Part shown: piece by piece, positions 1 to 7,843 of the stretch | Position numbering within the stretch: position 1 is the first letter of the stretch | Layout: every line of letters begins with the position of its first letter | Assembly (NCBI GenBank): GCA_964392625.1 | Contig: CAYMQG010000104.1 | Location: 1 to 61,333, forward strand | From: an uncultured Gammaproteobacteria bacterium | Lineage (GTDB): Bacteria > Pseudomonadota > Gammaproteobacteria > Steroidobacterales > Foliamicaceae | Direction of reading: 5' to 3' | DNA length: 61,333 nt | Notes under the pieces: generated by a model | Told to the model about the DNA's origin: nothing | The model's input: only the letters and a program-made list of their open reading frames with translations | The model's database searches: none | Program-made: the position numbers and the translations under genes

Positions 1-210
1 GAGCCCGTGACCACCACCCGTCCGGCTTCGGTCTCCCGCGCCGCCTGCAGCACGTTGCGGGTGCCCACCACGTTGCACTCGTATATGTCGCGTCGATGCG
101 CGAGAGTGCCGTCGATGGTGAATGCATTCGCGGCGACGTGATAGACGCCTTCGCAACCCTCGATCGCGCGGCGGCGGAAGGACAGGATGTCATCGTCGCA
201 ACCTGCTGCG
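1..210 (-). pseudogene. Inverted or displaced internal fragment of an NAD(P)-dependent epimerase / 3beta-hydroxysteroid-dehydrogenase-family gene (about residues 45-115 of the Rossmann half). It runs off the window edge.
   Basis: The minus-strand translation reads ...DDDILSFRRRAIEGCEGVYHVAANAFTIDGTLAHRRDIYECNVVGTRNVLQAARETEAGRVVVTGS. These are the G-x-D-x-V-x-H-x-AA and NV-x-GT-x-N-x-L-x-AA...VV-x-T-S/G-S blocks of extended SDRs. Further upstream on the minus strand (beyond ~215) the frame reads HRPAEARREKVRAAHN, with no GxxGxxG N-terminus. Confidence 0.5.
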
Positions 211-800
211 CGGTTGTGGGCGGCGCGGACTTTTTCCCGTCGCGCCTCGGCCGGACGATGTGCGACTACACCGACGGCAAGCTCCATGCCTACGTGGACG
301 GCGGGTTCGAGTTCGTGGCGGCGCGCGACATCGTCGAAGGGCACCTGCTGTGCATGCGCCACGGGCGCTCCGGAGAAAAATACATCTTCAGCAGCGAATA
401 CAAGACCATCTCCGACATGCTCGATCTCTACGAGGAGGTCACCGGGATTCCGCGGCCGCACCGGCGGATTCCGGCCAACCTGATGTACGTCTTTTCGGAG
501 GCGGCCAGCTTCTACCTGAGCCGGGTACACCCCGACTTTCCCCAGCGTTTCACGCCCGGCGCCATCCGCCTGCTGAAAAAGCGCCGCCACGCCAATCTCG
601 ACAAAGCGAAAAGCGAACTCGGCTACCGGCCGACCCGCATCCGCGACGCCGTGCATGAGGCGTACGCGTTTCACTTTCACGAGCGCAAGGCGATCACCAA
701 TCCGCAGGCAAAACGCCCGCGCGCGAACGGCGCTGCATACGAGGAAGACGCCGCGCCGAACCGCAGTGCGCAGATGACCGCCGATGGAGGCGCGTCATGA
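205..800 (+). CDS. C-terminal ~195 aa of an NAD(P)-dependent epimerase / 3beta-HSD-family protein. By context it is SdmB/ERG26-like (sterol C-4 demethylation). The 5' half is not contiguous.
   Basis: In the frame of ORF 96..800, from ~205 the protein reads VVGGADFFPSRLGRTMCDYTDGKLHAYVDGGFEFVAARDIVEGHLLCMRHGRSGEKYIF...NLDKAKSELGYRP. This is the substrate-binding half of extended SDRs. No GxxGxxG or YxxxK lies upstream in this frame. The stop TGA at 798-800 overlaps the next ATG (ATGA). Confidence 0.6.
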
Positions 801-1927
801 GCACGGCGACGGCCGGACCGCCCGGCTTCGAGGAGGCCGTCAACCTGCGCCAGAAGGTGCGCGCCGCGGGCATGGACCCGGACTACTGGTACGCGGTCGA
901 GGAAGTGCGCAATATCAAGCCGGGATCCGTGGTCGAGGTGGTTTTCTGGAAGCGTTCGATCGCGCTGTTCCGGGCCGAGGACGGTTCGTTTCATGCCATG
1001 GACAACCGCTGCGCGCATCGCCAGCTCAAGCTTTCGCTTGGCCAGGTGGAGGGTTGCCGACTCGTGTGCGCCTACCACGGCTGGAAATACGACCCGGACG
1101 GGCAGCTTGCCGAGACCGCTCACGAGATGCTTGGGGGAAGCATGCCGAATGTCGCGCTCAGGACCTATCCGGTGAAGGTCCGCTACGGCCTGATCTGGCT
1201 GTTTCCCGGGAACCCGGAACTGGCCGACACGCGCCGCATTCCCGACATTCCCGAGTTGGAGGGCAAGGGCCGCTGGGCCTGCGTGCCGTTGAGCTTCACC
1301 TGGTCGGCGCACCACTCGATGGTGATCGACAACGTCAGCGATTTCACCCACGCCTGGCTGCACCGCCGCTACCGCCCGTTCGACGGCGCCGTGCTCACGC
1401 GCTGCGAAACGGTCGGCGACGACGTGCACGTGGCCTACGACACCAGCGTCGGACGCGGGCGTTTTTCCGGAATGTTCGTCGATCGTGAACGGATCGATAC
1501 CGATTCCATGAAGCTCTGCTATCAGTATCCCTATCAGTGGTCGAACACCGACGAGGCGATAAAACACTGGTGTTTCGTGCTGCCAGTCGACGAGCGCACC
1601 ACCCGGGCCTTCTTCCTGTTCTACTTCAAGTCCCTGAAGGTTCCGCTGCTGCCGATACGCTTCCCCCGGCTTGCAATGACCACGGTATTGAAGATATCCA
1701 ACCGTGTGCTGATCGGGCCGCTGCTTTCCCAGGATGGATTTGCGCTCGAAGCCGAACAGGAGGGTTACGAGCGGCACTGGGACGCGCGTCCGCTGGAATT
1801 CAATCCGGCGGTGCGGGCTTTTCAGAATGTCACGGTGCGCAAGTGGCAGGAGTACCTGGCCAGGGAGAACGGAACGGCAATGCCCGCGCCCGGATTGACG
1901 ACCGCGGACGGCGGCGCCGATGCCTGA
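797..1927 (+). CDS. Rieske [2Fe-2S] non-haem-iron oxygenase. By context it is SdmA-like (bacterial-type sterol C-4 methyl oxidase).
   Basis: Rieske motif CAHRQLKLSLG...CAYHGWKYD and an iron-site-like stretch IDNVSDFTHAWLH. ATG 797 overlaps the upstream stop. The gene sits between the SDR gene and the sterol reductase gene. Confidence 0.7.
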   Translation: MSTATAGPPGFEEAVNLRQKVRAAGMDPDYWYAVEEVRNIKPGSVVEVVFWKRSIALFRAEDGSFHAMDNRCAHRQLKLSLGQVEGCRLVCAYHGWKYDPDGQLAETAHEMLGGSMPNVALRTYPVKVRYGLIWLFPGNPELADTRRIPDIPELEGKGRWACVPLSFTWSAHHSMVIDNVSDFTHAWLHRRYRPFDGAVLTRCETVGDDVHVAYDTSVGRGRFSGMFVDRERIDTDSMKLCYQYPYQWSNTDEAIKHWCFVLPVDERTTRAFFLFYFKSLKVPLLPIRFPRLAMTTVLKISNRVLIGPLLSQDGFALEAEQEGYERHWDARPLEFNPAVRAFQNVTVRKWQEYLARENGTAMPAPGLTTADGGADA

Positions 1928-3017
1928 ACTGCCGTTGACCGCGTTTACGCTTGCGGGCGGCCCGCTACTGGAGGCCGCGGCAATGATCGCCGTGTTCATC
2001 GGCGCCCTGTTCCTCGGTTCGATGTTCCTGCCGGGACGCCGGATCAAGGGGCCGGACGTCGGCGGAAAGTCGACCACGTACAAGCTGAACGGTCTGGCGC
2101 TGTTGCTGCTCACCGCGCTTGCCGCCGGCGTTGCGCAAGTTTCGGGCGCGTTCTCCCTGTCGTCGCTTTACACGCACTTTTTCGCCCTCTTTGTGGCCGC
2201 GAACGTGTTCGCGTTCGCATTTTCCGGCTGGTTGTACTGGCGAGGCGCCCGCAAGAGCGCCGGATCGCCTGGATTCCTGCAGGGTTTCTTCTTCGGTGCG
2301 GAACTCAATCCGGCCCTGCTCGGGGTGGACCTCAAGATGTTCAGTTATCGGCCGTCCCTGATCGGGCTGGCGCTGTTCAACACGTCGTTCGCGGTGGTGC
2401 AATACGAGACCTACGGCCATCTGACCCTCGCGATGGGGCTGTACCAGGTCCTGACATGGGTCTATGTGCTCAATTACTTCCAGTTCGAAGGCGGCATGGT
2501 CCACACCTGGGACATCATCAGCGAGCGCTTCGGATGGATGCTGGTTTGGGGCGACTACGTGCTGGTGCCGTTTTTCTACTGCATCGTCGGCTGGTGGCTG
2601 GTTGACGCGTCGGGTCCTCCGCTGAGCCCTCTCGCCGCCGCCGCCATCCTGCTGCTCTATGCCTTCGGCTTCTGGATGTTCCGGGGCGCCAACGCGCAGA
2701 AGCACCGTTTCAAGCGCGATCCGTCCGCCACGATCTGGGGCCGGCCCGCCGAGTCCCTGGACGGGCGCCTGCTCGTGTCCGGATTCTGGGGCATCGGACG
2801 GCATCTCAACTACAGCGGCGAGATCTGCATCTACCTCGCGTTCGCGCTCACGACCGGTTTCGCGTCCTGGGCGCCGTTTCTGTTGCCGGCGTGGCTTGCG
2901 GGGCTGCTGTGGCACCGTTCGCGCCGCGATGACCGGCGCTGCCGCGCCAAGTACGGCGAACTGTGGGGGCGCTACAAGGAGAGGGTGCCGTATTCGATGG
3001 TCCCTTTCGTGTATTGA
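1920..3017 (+). CDS. Sterol reductase of the ERG4/ERG24 family (probable delta14-sterol reductase)
   Basis: Polytopic membrane protein ending ...GIGRHLNYSGEICIYLAFAL...WHRSRRDDRRCRAKYGELWGRYKERVPYSMVPFVY, the C-terminal ERG4/ERG24 signature. ATG 1920 overlaps the upstream stop (1925-1927). It lies immediately upstream of CYP51. Confidence 0.8.
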   Translation: MPELPLTAFTLAGGPLLEAAAMIAVFIGALFLGSMFLPGRRIKGPDVGGKSTTYKLNGLALLLLTALAAGVAQVSGAFSLSSLYTHFFALFVAANVFAFAFSGWLYWRGARKSAGSPGFLQGFFFGAELNPALLGVDLKMFSYRPSLIGLALFNTSFAVVQYETYGHLTLAMGLYQVLTWVYVLNYFQFEGGMVHTWDIISERFGWMLVWGDYVLVPFFYCIVGWWLVDASGPPLSPLAAAAILLLYAFGFWMFRGANAQKHRFKRDPSATIWGRPAESLDGRLLVSGFWGIGRHLNYSGEICIYLAFALTTGFASWAPFLLPAWLAGLLWHRSRRDDRRCRAKYGELWGRYKERVPYSMVPFVY

Positions 3018-3027
3018 GGAAGTAAGG

Positions 3028-4437
3028 GTGGCAAACCATACCGACAGTGCGGCCACCCTGCGTTCGGCGCGGCCCGCGGCGTCGCCGGGCCAGCCGATTC
3101 CCGAACTTTCCGGCGGTTGGCCGCTGCTGGGCCATCTGCCGGAGTTCCAGAAAGACCCGGTTGCGATGCTCGGCCGCTGCTGGCGCGAGCATGGCGAACT
3201 GGTCCGTTTCCGGCTGGGGACCCGCGAATTCGTGCTGTTTACCGGACCGGAAGCCCACGACTGCTACTTCCGGGCGCCCGAGGACCAGCTTGACGCCCGT
3301 GCCGTGTACCAGTTCACGGTGCCCATATTCGGGCGCGGCGTGGCCTACGACGTGGCCCCCGAGATCATGGCGGAGCAGTTGGGATTTCTGTATCCGGCGC
3401 TGCGCGATGCGTCCATGCGCAGGTACGCGCAAATCATGTACGAGGAAGCCGCCCGGTTTGCCGACGAGCTCGGAGAGGAAGGAACGCTCGACCTGCCGGC
3501 GGCGATGAACCGGCTTACGGTGAACATCGCCAGTCGCTGCCTGCTGGGTCAGGAGGTGCGGGATCAGGTGGATTCGGGGTTCGCCCAGGCGTACCACGAC
3601 CTCGAGGAGGGCATAAACCTGATCGGCTTCTTCCTGCCCAGGCTGCCGATCCCGGCGCATCGGCGTCGCGACCGCGCGCGCCGCAGGATAGCCGGGATTC
3701 TTGTCCGAATCATGGAAGGCCGGCGCGGTTCGGGGGCCGCGCCGGAAGATTTCATGCAGGCGCTGATGCAGGCCCGCTACAAGGACGGCCGGGCCCTGAG
3801 CGACGGCGAGGTGACCGGGATATTGCTGACGGTCCTGTTCGCCGGCCAGCACACCAGCGCGGTGCTCGCAAGCTGGATGGGTCTGGAGATGTTCCGCGAT
3901 CCCGCCTGCGTGGCGCGGATACGCGCCGAGATGCGCGAGGTCTACGGCGAGACGGGCGCAGTTAGCCTGGCCAGTCTCAAGCGCCAGATGGCGCTGGAAA
4001 GGACGGTGCGCGAATGCGAGCGGCTGCATCCGCCGCTCATACTGCTCATTCGCAAGGTGCTGAAACCGCTTCAATATGCGGGTTACACCGTGCCTGCCGG
4101 GGCCCTGGCCGTGGTGTCTCCGGCCGTCTCGCACCGCTTGCCTCACCTGTTCGCCCAACCGCAGCGATTCGATCCCGAGCGGTTTGCACCGCCGCGCAGC
4201 GAGAACAAGCAGCACCTCTACACGCTGATCGGATTCGGCGGGGGCAAGCACCGTTGCATGGGGGAGAAATTCGCCATGCTGCAACTGAAGGCGATCTGGA
4301 CGGTGTTGCTCGATCGCTTCGATTTCGATCCCGTTACGGAGTTTCCCGCGCCGAACTACGGCAGCTGGGTGACAGGTCCCACGGCGCCGTGCCGGGTCCG
4401 CTACCGCCGCCGCCCGCAAGCGGGCTTATTCAGTTGA
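3028..4437 (+). CDS. cyp51: Cytochrome P450 sterol 14alpha-demethylase (CYP51), stand-alone haem domain
   Basis: CYP51 B'-helix signature YQFTVPIFGRGVAYD, I-helix AGQHTS, and haem-Cys loop FGGGKHRCMGEKFA. I placed the start at GTG 3028, 10 nt after the upstream stop and preceded by GGAAG. The 2659-3027 part of the listed ORF overlaps the reductase gene. Confidence 0.85.
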   Translation: MANHTDSAATLRSARPAASPGQPIPELSGGWPLLGHLPEFQKDPVAMLGRCWREHGELVRFRLGTREFVLFTGPEAHDCYFRAPEDQLDARAVYQFTVPIFGRGVAYDVAPEIMAEQLGFLYPALRDASMRRYAQIMYEEAARFADELGEEGTLDLPAAMNRLTVNIASRCLLGQEVRDQVDSGFAQAYHDLEEGINLIGFFLPRLPIPAHRRRDRARRRIAGILVRIMEGRRGSGAAPEDFMQALMQARYKDGRALSDGEVTGILLTVLFAGQHTSAVLASWMGLEMFRDPACVARIRAEMREVYGETGAVSLASLKRQMALERTVRECERLHPPLILLIRKVLKPLQYAGYTVPAGALAVVSPAVSHRLPHLFAQPQRFDPERFAPPRSENKQHLYTLIGFGGGKHRCMGEKFAMLQLKAIWTVLLDRFDFDPVTEFPAPNYGSWVTGPTAPCRVRYRRRPQAGLFS

Positions 4438-7400
4438 GCGCCGCCCCTCCGCGTTACGACGTAATCATCGTTGGTGCGGGGCCTGTAGGCAGCTATTGCG
4501 CCCTCGCCCACGCCCGCAAGGGCGCGCGCGTGGCGCTGCTCGAGGCGAACCCCAGGGCGGCCACGCGGCTGGCCGGCGAGTGGCTGCATCCGCTGGCCGT
4601 GCGCATGTTGCGCGATGCCGGCATTCGTCTCGATCCGCCGCTGCGCAGCACCGAGGGCCAGGGCTTCGTGGTGTTTCCGGAGGACGGTTCGGAGCCGATC
4701 GTGCTCCCGTACCCCGGCGGCGGACGGGGGATCGCCTGCGACCATGAGATTCTCGTGGCGCGTCTGCATGAAGCCGTCCGCAAAGAGCCGGGCATCGACT
4801 TTCTTGTCAATGCGCGGGTAAGGCAGGTCGAAGACGATGGCGTGGTCTTTATCCGCGGCGGCTCCAGCGAACGTCTCGCCGCGGACAGAATTGTCGGTGC
4901 CGACGGCCGGTCCTCGGCCGTGCGACGGTCTTTGGGTCTGCCGATGCGCCGCAAGGCCTGCTCGCGGATGGTGGGCGTGACCCTTGAAGGCGTGAGCCTG
5001 CGGCCGGCCGGTTACGGAAACGTAATACTTGGCGGCCCGGGTCCGATTCTCGGATATCCGCTGGGCGAGCACTGCGTGAGGATCGTTGTCGATGTGCCGC
5101 TCGAGCAGTGGACCTCCAGCGACAGGACCGGCCTGCTGGCCGAGTCCTATGCTCGGGTCCTGCCGGAAGAATTGCGGCCCGCTTATCTCTCTGCGCTGAA
5201 GTCGGGCAAATTCCACGCGGCGGCCAATGAACTCAGGCCGCGCATCTCGTACGGCACGTCGAGGCGGGTGCTGATCGGCGATGCGGCCGGACACTACCAT
5301 CCGATGACGGCAGTGGGCATGACACTCGGTTTCGGCGACGCCGCCGCACTGGCGGAAGGCGGGAGCTTCAGGAATTTCGCCGCCAGGCGATTCGGGGCGA
5401 CCCACGCCCCGGAGTTGCTTGCCATGGGGCTTTACGAGGTCTTTGCCGATCATCGACTCGAAGCGGCGGCGCTCCGGCGCGCGATCTACCGAAACTGGCG
5501 GGCGCATGGCGTCGTTCGCGACCGGACCATGCGGCTGCTCGCCTGTGAAGAAACCTCGATGACCCACCTTGTGCTCGCAACGCTCGCTACGGTGATCCGG
5601 GCGATTGCTGGAGTGGTTCGTTCATCGTTCAGACAGTCGGCCTGGCGGCGCGCCCGCTACATCGTTTTCCCGATCGTTACCCGTGCCCGCTGGTTCATGC
5701 GTGGAATTCGCAAGCTGAAGGAGGCCAGGAACGGAGGCGGCGGTCAGGACCGGCAGGCCCGCAGGGCGTTGTCGCGCGCGCTTCTCGCTTCCATGTCCTC
5801 GAACAACGGCCGAGCCGGCGCCACGCGCACGGGCGAATCCGCGTCGCCCGATGCGCAACCGGCATTGCGCAGGGCTGCGGCGCGGCTGCTGGATCTCCAG
5901 GGGAAGGACGGCGCCTGGGAAGGCGAGATGGTCTGGTGCCCCATGCTCACCGCGCAGTACGTGTTGCTGCAGCACATTCTCGGTGAGCCGATGGACTCCG
6001 GCCGGCGGCGGCGCATCCTGCGCTCTTTCGAGTGCACCCGCCTGTCGGGCGGAGCGTGGGGAATGCATGAGCACTCGCCGCCCCACCTGTTCGTCACCGT
6101 GCTGGTTTATGTCGCCTCAAGACTGCTGGGCGTCGACCGTGAAGATCCGCTCATCGGACCGGCCCGCCGTTTCCTTGCCGAAGAGGACGTGCTCGCGATC
6201 CCCAGTTGGGGGAAATTCTGGCTGGCGCTGCTCAATCTGTATGACTGGCGAGGGGTTAACGCAATTCTTCCGGAACTGTGGGCTCTGCCGCGCGGGTTGC
6301 CGTTGCATCCGTCGAACTGGTACTGCCATACGCGGCTCATCTACATGGCGATGGCGTCCATCTACGCCCGCCGCTCCCACGCGCCGGTCACGCCCGTGAT
6401 CGAATTCCTGCGCGAGGAGTTGTTTGGCGACGAGTTTGACCGCCTCGATTTTTCCTCGGCCCGCAACCGCCTGCGCGATGCCGACCTGTTTGCCCGCCCA
6501 AGCCTGTGGCTGCGCGCCGGATACGGGCTGGCGCGCGTATATGAGCGCTTCCACGGCAAGCGCCTGCGCGCCCGCTGCCTTGAGAAGCTGATCCGGCAGA
6601 TCCAATGGGAGTTGCAGACCACCAGCCACACGAGCATCTCGCCGGTCAGCGGATTTCTTAACATCCTGGCCTTGTGGCTGCACGATCCGGACGATGCCGA
6701 CTGCCGCGCCGCACTCGACAAGCTTGACGGCTGGTTCTGGGAGGACGAGGAGCTCGGCGCGCGCGTCACCGGAGCGAGAAGCAGCACCTGGGATACCGCC
6801 TTCTCCGTGCAGGCGCTGGCGGCCGCGCCCGGGTCCGGTGCAATCGGAGACGCCGTCCGCAAGGGCGCCGGTTTCCTGCGCTCGCAGCAGATCCGCAACA
6901 GCTTCGAGGGGTTTCGCGAGGCCTACCGGTCCGACCCGAAGGGTGGCTGGTGCTTTCCCGGCGGCTGGCATGGCTGGCCGGTCAGCGACTGCACCGCCGA
7001 AGCCGTACTGGGGATTCTCGCCGCCGGCAGCGAAGCCGCCGACGAGGCGGCGCTGACCGAGGCGGTCCGGTTCATGCTGCGCAGCCAGAACCGCGACGGC
7101 GGTTTCGGCAGCTATGAAGCGCGGCGCACGAGGATCGGTCTGGAGTGGCTGAACCCCGCCGAGATGTTCGGCGAATCGATGACCGAGAATTCCTACGTCG
7201 AATGCACGGCGTCGTGCCTCGAGGCGCTGGCCGCTTGCCGACGCGGGTTCCCGCAGGTGCTGGGCCCGTCGGCGGTAGGTGCCATCTCCAAAGGCGCCGC
7301 CTGGCTGCGCAAGACCCAGGGGCGCGACGGCTCATGGCGCGGCGTATGGGGCGTTCAGTTCATCTACGGCACCCTGTTCGGCATAAGGGGGCTGGTTGCC

Positions 7401-7841
7401 GCCGGGGCCGGACCGAGCGATCCGGCGCTGCGCCTGGCCTGCCGCTGGCTGCTCGACCGGCAGCGCGAGGACGGAGGATGGGGCGAACACCATAGCGGCT
7501 GCCTGACGGGCCGCTACGTTCCGCATGAGGAAAGCCAGGTCATTCAGACCGCCTGGGCCCTGCTCGCGCTGCTGGAGGCGGAGGAGTCCAACTGGACCGC
7601 CATAGCGCGCGGCGCGCGGTTCCTGCTCAACTCCCAGGAGGCGGACGGCGGCTGGCCGAAACAGGACATGGCCGGCGTCTTCTTCCGCACGGCGCTGCTG
7701 GACTACGTCCTCTACCGGCAGTATTTCCCGCTGCGCGCGCTGGGCCTCTACGAGCAACGCCGCCGGACCCGGCTCGAACTGACCGCCGCTTCGAAGGAGA
7801 AGGAGCCGGACGTGGTCCGGACCAGGCCGCGAGCCGCCTGA
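4434..7841 (+). CDS. Fused squalene monooxygenase (ERG1-type, N-terminal ~400 aa) and oxidosqualene cyclase (C-terminal ~680 aa), 1135 codons
   Basis: One frame runs from TTG 4434 (TTGA overlap with the cyp51 stop) to TGA 7841 with no stop. The N-terminal part has DVIIVGAGPVGSYCALAHARKGARVALLE and LIGDAAGHYHPMTAVGMTLGFGDA. The C-terminal part has the OSC catalytic motif WPVSDCTAE and QW repeats (RSQNRDGGFGSYE, KTQGRDGSWRGVWG, DRQREDGGWGEH, NSQEADGGWP). Confidence 0.8.
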   Translation: MSAAPPRYDVIIVGAGPVGSYCALAHARKGARVALLEANPRAATRLAGEWLHPLAVRMLRDAGIRLDPPLRSTEGQGFVVFPEDGSEPIVLPYPGGGRGIACDHEILVARLHEAVRKEPGIDFLVNARVRQVEDDGVVFIRGGSSERLAADRIVGADGRSSAVRRSLGLPMRRKACSRMVGVTLEGVSLRPAGYGNVILGGPGPILGYPLGEHCVRIVVDVPLEQWTSSDRTGLLAESYARVLPEELRPAYLSALKSGKFHAAANELRPRISYGTSRRVLIGDAAGHYHPMTAVGMTLGFGDAAALAEGGSFRNFAARRFGATHAPELLAMGLYEVFADHRLEAAALRRAIYRNWRAHGVVRDRTMRLLACEETSMTHLVLATLATVIRAIAGVVRSSFRQSAWRRARYIVFPIVTRARWFMRGIRKLKEARNGGGGQDRQARRALSRALLASMSSNNGRAGATRTGESASPDAQPALRRAAARLLDLQGKDGAWEGEMVWCPMLTAQYVLLQHILGEPMDSGRRRRILRSFECTRLSGGAWGMHEHSPPHLFVTVLVYVASRLLGVDREDPLIGPARRFLAEEDVLAIPSWGKFWLALLNLYDWRGVNAILPELWALPRGLPLHPSNWYCHTRLIYMAMASIYARRSHAPVTPVIEFLREELFGDEFDRLDFSSARNRLRDADLFARPSLWLRAGYGLARVYERFHGKRLRARCLEKLIRQIQWELQTTSHTSISPVSGFLNILALWLHDPDDADCRAALDKLDGWFWEDEELGARVTGARSSTWDTAFSVQALAAAPGSGAIGDAVRKGAGFLRSQQIRNSFEGFREAYRSDPKGGWCFPGGWHGWPVSDCTAEAVLGILAAGSEAADEAALTEAVRFMLRSQNRDGGFGSYEARRTRIGLEWLNPAEMFGESMTENSYVECTASCLEALAACRRGFPQVLGPSAVGAISKGAAWLRKTQGRDGSWRGVWGVQFIYGTLFGIRGLVAAGAGPSDPALRLACRWLLDRQREDGGWGEHHSGCLTGRYVPHEESQVIQTAWALLALLEAEESNWTAIARGARFLLNSQEADGGWPKQDMAGVFFRTALLDYVLYRQYFPLRALGLYEQRRRTRLELTAASKEKEPDVVRTRPRAA

Positions 7842-7843
7842 CG

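Noticed and set aside
677-2113. A 478-aa minus-strand ORF overlapping the Rieske and reductase genes.
   Set aside because: It is an antisense shadow ORF typical of high-GC DNA. The translation is Arg/Gly/Pro/Ala-rich with no recognisable motif, whereas the plus-strand genes carry clear Rieske and ERG24 signatures.
2659-3027. The 5' extension of the CYP51 ORF (listed as 2659..4437, 592 aa).
   Set aside because: The extension overlaps the ERG4/ERG24 gene in another frame and is low-complexity (Arg/Ser/Pro-rich). Similarity to CYP51 only begins after GTG 3028, which follows the reductase stop.
4014-4433. The 5' extension of the epoxidase-cyclase ORF (listed as starting at 4014).
   Set aside because: It overlaps the 3' end of cyp51 out of frame. 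The FAD GxGxxG motif begins 13 codons after TTG 4434, and that TTG overlaps the cyp51 stop.
5793-7841. A model with a separate cyclase gene starting at ATG 5793.
   Set aside because: On the sequence as given, there is no stop codon in the epoxidase frame anywhere upstream of 7841, so translation from 4434 necessarily reads through. A separate-gene model would need a sequencing error. Internal initiation cannot be excluded in addition to the fusion.
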